Below, piece after piece: positions 59,826-64,000 of a stretch of 64,000 nt of DNA. Each line of letters begins with the position of its first letter. Positions within the stretch are counted from its first letter, which is position 1. This DNA is from Anolis carolinensis (taxonomy: Eukaryota). Both the position numbers and the translations under genes were made by a program. The notes under the pieces were generated by a model, which ran no database searches, was not told where the DNA came from, and saw nothing but the letters and a program-made list of their open reading frames with translations. The stretch covers positions 344,481,402 to 344,545,401 of the forward strand of contig NC_085841.1 in assembly GCF_035594765.1 (NCBI RefSeq). Direction: 5' to 3'.

Positions 59826-61181
59826 TGTCCAGTGCAGAAGAGTCATCCTCAGCTCAAGGTTGTAGATGTGAAGTAGTGAATTTCAAGCCATTGTGTATAC
59901 ACACCAAAAGTGTCTGTACATTGAGTATGGATGCTTATGCGCATTTGGTTATGCATTCAATTGCCCATTTGATGACTTCTTTTAGTTGCACAATATTGCC
60001 ATTCAGTATAGGATTATGTATGTGAAATTAATATGTAATTCCCTATGCAGAAATGTATTCCGATGTATGGTCATACTCAGAATGTTTGCAGTCCAGTTGC
60101 TTTCTCTCACTGTCAATGGGAGATAATAACTGTGTCCATTTTTCCCAATGGAAGATTGGTTTGATTCTTCCAAAATGTTTGCCTTCTGCACTGAAGACAT
60201 TTTATTTCTAATGAGCCAGTTGTCTAAGTTACTCCTTTTCCCTCCATTCTTTGCACAAATGTCTGTGAAGCGACCAAACATTTTCAGTTGTTTGTTATTC
60301 AAATGGTTTATGTGAGCATATTGCAGCCTTTGGACTCTTTGCAAATGATTTTCACAGTGAGAAAATACAGCCTTTTATGAAGGTCAGCTAAGCCTGGAAT
60401 TACACATTGCAAAGAATGCGAAGAAATGCAAAGCTGCCATTGAAAACGGCAGCCGCATTAGACATTCCCCCCTTCCCTTGTGTAATGCTAAGTACAACTT
60501 AGTCTGTATTGTGACCCTGTACACTTCTCTACCACATCTGTGGCAGGAAATAAAGTCAGCATAACACATTGAAGATGAGATATGAGGTCTGTTGTTGCAT
60601 AGGGGAATGTGACACAGATTTGTGATTTGCGTACCAGAGGACCTTCTTTGCTGTGGCACCCTATTTCTGAAAAAAACTTCCTTTAGAGGCATGATTGATT
60701 GGCACCAATACTGATGTTATTAAAATGCCAAGAAAAAATGCCTTTATACTAAAGTAATAGAAATCTAATTGATTTCATCCAAATCTGAACATATGCCTTG
60801 TTTTAAACTGACTTAACATGCCTTTAGTCATATTATTTAATTTATTTTGTTATATACTGCACACATTTGTTACATTAGCCTGTGTCTTTGGATGCAGTAT
60901 GGAATATAAATGTTTTAATAAACAAGTAAATAAATAAACTCAGTTTTTAATACAGAGTTTAGTTCTGACTCTCATGGATTTGACCTTTTTTAACTAATTG
61001 GACTACAGAAACAAGCTGGTTTCCCAATTCAGGACTGAACTGATTATTGCAATTTCCATATATTTAATTAAGAAACAACTACCAAACCTATGTTAATTTG
61101 AAATGTAAGCATAATTTTAAAGTATCTTTCTCCCCCACCCATTCAATGCTGAAAAAAAGGTACCATTATTTTATTTATTAA

Positions 61182-61305
61182 CTAGCTGTGCCCAGCCACG
61201 CGTTGCTGTGGCGAAGTATGGTGGTATGGGAAATAAAGTATTGAGGAACTGGTGGTAGTTAAGGTAAAGGGTAAAGGTTTTCCCCTGACATTAAGTCCAG
61301 TCGTG
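61182..61305 (-). mobile_element. Helitron 3' end with a Sauria SINE tail (61261-61305), interrupted by the Gypsy element
   Basis: CTAG at 61182-61185 plus hairpin gccacgcgttgctgtggc; aaggtaaagggtaaaggttttcccctgacattaagtccagtcgtg. Confidence 0.8.
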
Positions 61306-62278
61306 TGTCACGACCCAGGCGGCAGAGGCACCAATAACCATACACAGAGGCCAGAATCTAACTAATATCTTTATTGAAGGAATATATAAAGTTAATAAAA
61401 ACAAGTATAGAAAATAGTCCAGAATTAGACCCTTCAGGAAAGGTCAGAATTAGTCCAAAAAAGCAATGTCCAATAAGAAATATTAAGGTCCAAAGTTGTA
61501 ATCCAATAACCGAAACACTCACTTTGCCAAGCAAAGTGAGGGGAGATGACAAGGTCCTTAGTCCATAAAACTTGAGCGTGGCTAGGAAATAACTTGATAC
61601 TTGAAACAAGGCTTGAACGTGGAACAAGGTAACTAAGAACAAGAACAAGGTCCGTGGAATAACTTGGTAAAATCCGTGAAACAAGGCAAGGATTAGTCCT
61701 GGGAAACAAGGCAAAGTCCGTCGGTAAACAAAGGCTGGGAAGCAAGGCGAAGGCTGGATAGCAAGGCAAGGCTTGAGCTGAAGCGAGGCTTGAATCGGAG
61801 CGCGCTGTCCAGACACAACTCGCTCCGTAGGCTGACGAATTGACTCCGCGAAGTTGCTACGCGGGCAAAACACCTATATAGAGTCCAACTTTCTCACCAA
61901 AGCGGTTCTCTGGGAATCAGAAACGAAAGCTAAACTCTGAGACCAGATGTTAAACTCCTTAAAGATTCTCACGAGAACCAATGTTAATTGGCAACATTCT
62001 TAGCTGCTATCCTCGCACTCCTGCGCGAAGCTGAATCCAAACTTCTCTGTTGTTTACAAAACTCCCGGCGCAAGAACACGGGAGAAGTAGGCTCTGGGGT
62101 TGTTTGACATACTTCTGGGGCACAACTTTCTTGCAGGTGCAAGGTTTCCAGATCTGCCTGGGAAGGATCTGGCTGAGAGGAATCCAGTTCAGACTGGGAA
62201 GGTAAAAAACCCAAGTTTTCATCTTCATCAGGGATTACAATGTCCTGAGCAGGACTACAAGGCCCATGGTTCATCACA
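61306..62278 (-). mobile_element. 3' LTR of a Ty3/Gypsy chromovirus (973 bp)
   Basis: Minus-strand TGTGATGA...CGTGACA ends, TATATA at 61875-61880, AATAAA at 61370-61375; homologous to solo LTR 22932-23807. Confidence 0.93.
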
Positions 62279-63999
62279 CTATCCCCCTCCTCAGGGCCCC
62301 TCCCAAACTGGGGTCCTCTCCCCGAGGCGCGAGGTCGCGGTTTGGTGGGATAGGTCAGATGGAAGCGACGGGTTAGATCAGGAGCATGGACTGTGGAGGC
62401 GTCTTCCCAAGAGCGTTCCTCAGGCCCAAAACCCACCCAGTCAATGAGATATTGTAGGCGGCGGCGATGAAAGCGAGAATCCAAAATGTCCTCAACCTCG
62501 AACTCCTCCTCCCCATTCATCAAAACAGGAGGGGGGGCCGGTTGGTCTGAATCAGGACGCACACCATCCGCCGGAAGGAGCAGGGAACGGTGAAACACTG
62601 GGTGAATGCGCATTGAACGCGGAAGTTGGAGTTTGAAAGTCACGGGGTTTAATTGCGCCACCACTGGATAGGGGCCAATGAAGCGGGCATCTAACTTCCG
62701 GCATGGGCGGTGGGAGGGCAGAAAGCGAGTGGACAGAAAAACCCGATCTCCTACCTTGATTTCGGGGCCCGGCTGGCGGTGTTTGTCAGCGTGGCGTTTA
62801 TAGTCCTCCTTGGCTTGGTCCAGTTGCTGGAGCAAAAGTTGTTGCACCGCTGTGAGTTCCTGCAGCCAATCCTCCGCTGCGGGAACTTCTGAAGTTTCAA
62901 TGACAGGGGGAAAGAAACGTGGATGGAAACCGTAGTTTGCAAAGAACGGCGTTTCTTTTGTAGAAGCTTGAACTCCATTATTGTAGGCAAACTCAGACAG
63001 TGGTAACAGAGAAGCCCAATTGTCCTGTTGGTAGTTTACATAACAGCGAAGATACTGCTCCAAAGTGGCATTGGTGCGCTCCGTTTGCCCATCTGTTTGG
63101 GGATGATGAGCTGAAGATAAGCGAGAGTCTATGCCCAGTAGTTTTTGTAGTGCCTTCCAAAAACGAGAGGTGAATTGAGATCCACGGTCTGTGACTAAAC
63201 TCTTGGGCAATCCATGTAGTCTGAAAACATGCTGAAGAAATAGATCCGCAGTTTCTTTGGCCGTGGGGAGGCCTTCGCAGGGAATGAAATGGGCTAACTT
63301 GGTGAATAGGTCCACCACCACTAAGATCGTGGTGAATCCACAGGAAGGTGGTAGGTCAGTGATGAAATCCGCGGAAATTATTTCCCATGGGTGAGATGGG
63401 GTAGGAAGGGGGTGCAAAAGCCCTGAGGGCTTCTCCCTTCGTATCTTGGAGCGCTGGCATACTGGGCAGGTGTTGACATATTTTTCCACATCCTTGCGGA
63501 TCTTGGGCCACCAAAAATCTCTTAGGATCAAATGCATGGTTTTAAATAGTCCGAAGTGTCCTGCTGGTTTGCAGTCATGACACAGACGAAGCGCTTTTTC
63601 CCTGCCCGGTCCGGGTGGGATATAAACATGATTTCTATAGCAGAGCAGCCCATCTTTAAGCGAAAAGGGAAAATGCAGACCTTGGCGAAGTTGGTCCTGC
63701 GCCCAGGCATCTGCTTGCTGACTAGCCCTGATTTCTTGAGCACAGATGGGTCCTGGAGTAGGGGAAGTTGAACCAATGGGACTGGATTTGGTGTTCCCCA
63801 CTGTGAGCGTGGCAAAGTTCTCAGGTTGTAGCAGTTGGGATTCAAAGGTCTCCTTGCGTCCTGCAGCGTATTCCGGTTTACGTGACAGGGCGTCTGCTTG
63901 CTTGGTTTGAGCTGGGGTCACATAATGGATCTGGAAGTTGAAACGTTCAAAGAATAAAGCCCAACGTTGCTGCCTCTGATTTAGTTTGCGGGCAGTTCT
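61984..63999 (-). CDS. pol: Ty3/Gypsy pol, 3' part (RNase H end, integrase, GPY/F, chromodomain, LTR-encoded tail); continues past the window edge
   Basis: Open to the edge (LNQRQQRW...ADALSR); HHCC (HD..PAGH...CPVC); DDE (SADF, TDRG, QTER); GPY; chromodomain FEVEDILDSR...YLIDWVGFGPEERSWE at about 62360-62505. Confidence 0.97.
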   Translation of the reverse strand, partial: RTARKLNQRQQRWALFFERFNFQIHYVTPAQTKQADALSRKPEYAAGRKETFESQLLQPENFATLTVGNTKSSPIGSTSPTPGPICAQEIRASQQADAWAQDQLRQGLHFPFSLKDGLLCYRNHVYIPPGPGREKALRLCHDCKPAGHFGLFKTMHLILRDFWWPKIRKDVEKYVNTCPVCQRSKIRREKPSGLLHPLPTPSHPWEIISADFITDLPPSCGFTTILVVVDLFTKLAHFIPCEGLPTAKETADLFLQHVFRLHGLPKSLVTDRGSQFTSRFWKALQKLLGIDSRLSSAHHPQTDGQTERTNATLEQYLRCYVNYQQDNWASLLPLSEFAYNNGVQASTKETPFFANYGFHPRFFPPVIETSEVPAAEDWLQELTAVQQLLLQQLDQAKEDYKRHADKHRQPGPEIKVGDRVFLSTRFLPSHRPCRKLDARFIGPYPVVAQLNPVTFKLQLPRSMRIHPVFHRSLLLPADGVRPDSDQPAPPPVLMNGEEEFEVEDILDSRFHRRRLQYLIDWVGFGPEERSWEDASTVHAPDLTRRFHLTYPTKPRPRASGRGPQFGRGPEEGDSVMNHGPCSPAQDIVIPDEDENLGFLPSQSELDSSQPDPSQADLETLHLQESCAPEVCQTTPEPTSPVFLRREFCKQQRSLDSASRRSARIAAKNVAN
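62279..62292 (-). other. Polypurine tract
   Basis: GAGGAGGGGGATAG on the minus strand abutting the LTR TG. Confidence 0.9.
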
Positions 64000-64000
64000 T

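Noticed and set aside
61358-61873. 171-aa hydrophobic ORF as an env-like gene
   Set aside because: It lies within the LTR over CCTTG-type tandem repeats, has no env motifs, and the frame is not kept intact in the solo LTR.
62100-63845. Short overlapping ORFs within pol
   Set aside because: Alternative-frame or antisense by-products of GC-rich coding sequence.

Overview
This is squamate genomic DNA. The repeat families (Sauria SINE, Bov-B, CR1, L2, RTE, Penelope, Dong/R4, Helitron, hAT/Harbinger/Tc1-mariner MITEs, chromodomain Ty3/Gypsy) point to Anolis carolinensis or a close relative; this species call is an inference. I recognise no host protein-coding gene. The window looks like a large intron or gene desert, with TE fragments, often nested, alternating with TE-free motif-rich stretches that may be conserved non-coding elements. 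Six N-blocks are present, and at least some look like masking rather than scaffold gaps. The only long intact ORF is the 3' half of a young minus-strand Gypsy pol (RNase H end, integrase, chromodomain) with its 3' LTR at 61306-62278; a related solo LTR with a perfect TSD lies at 22932-23807. The main finding is that pol reads about 97 residues into the LTR. This tail is conserved in frame and motifs in the diverged solo LTR and ends in RRS(A/L)RIAAK, which resembles the HMGN acidic-patch-binding motif RRSARL, so it is a candidate second nucleosome-targeting module. Other points: a Penelope minimal hammerhead ribozyme with an intact core, a perfect 22-bp hairpin, TE-capture chimeras, and a few candidate orphan exons and enhancers. 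Family names come from recognition, not database searches, and boundaries of old repeats are approximate.
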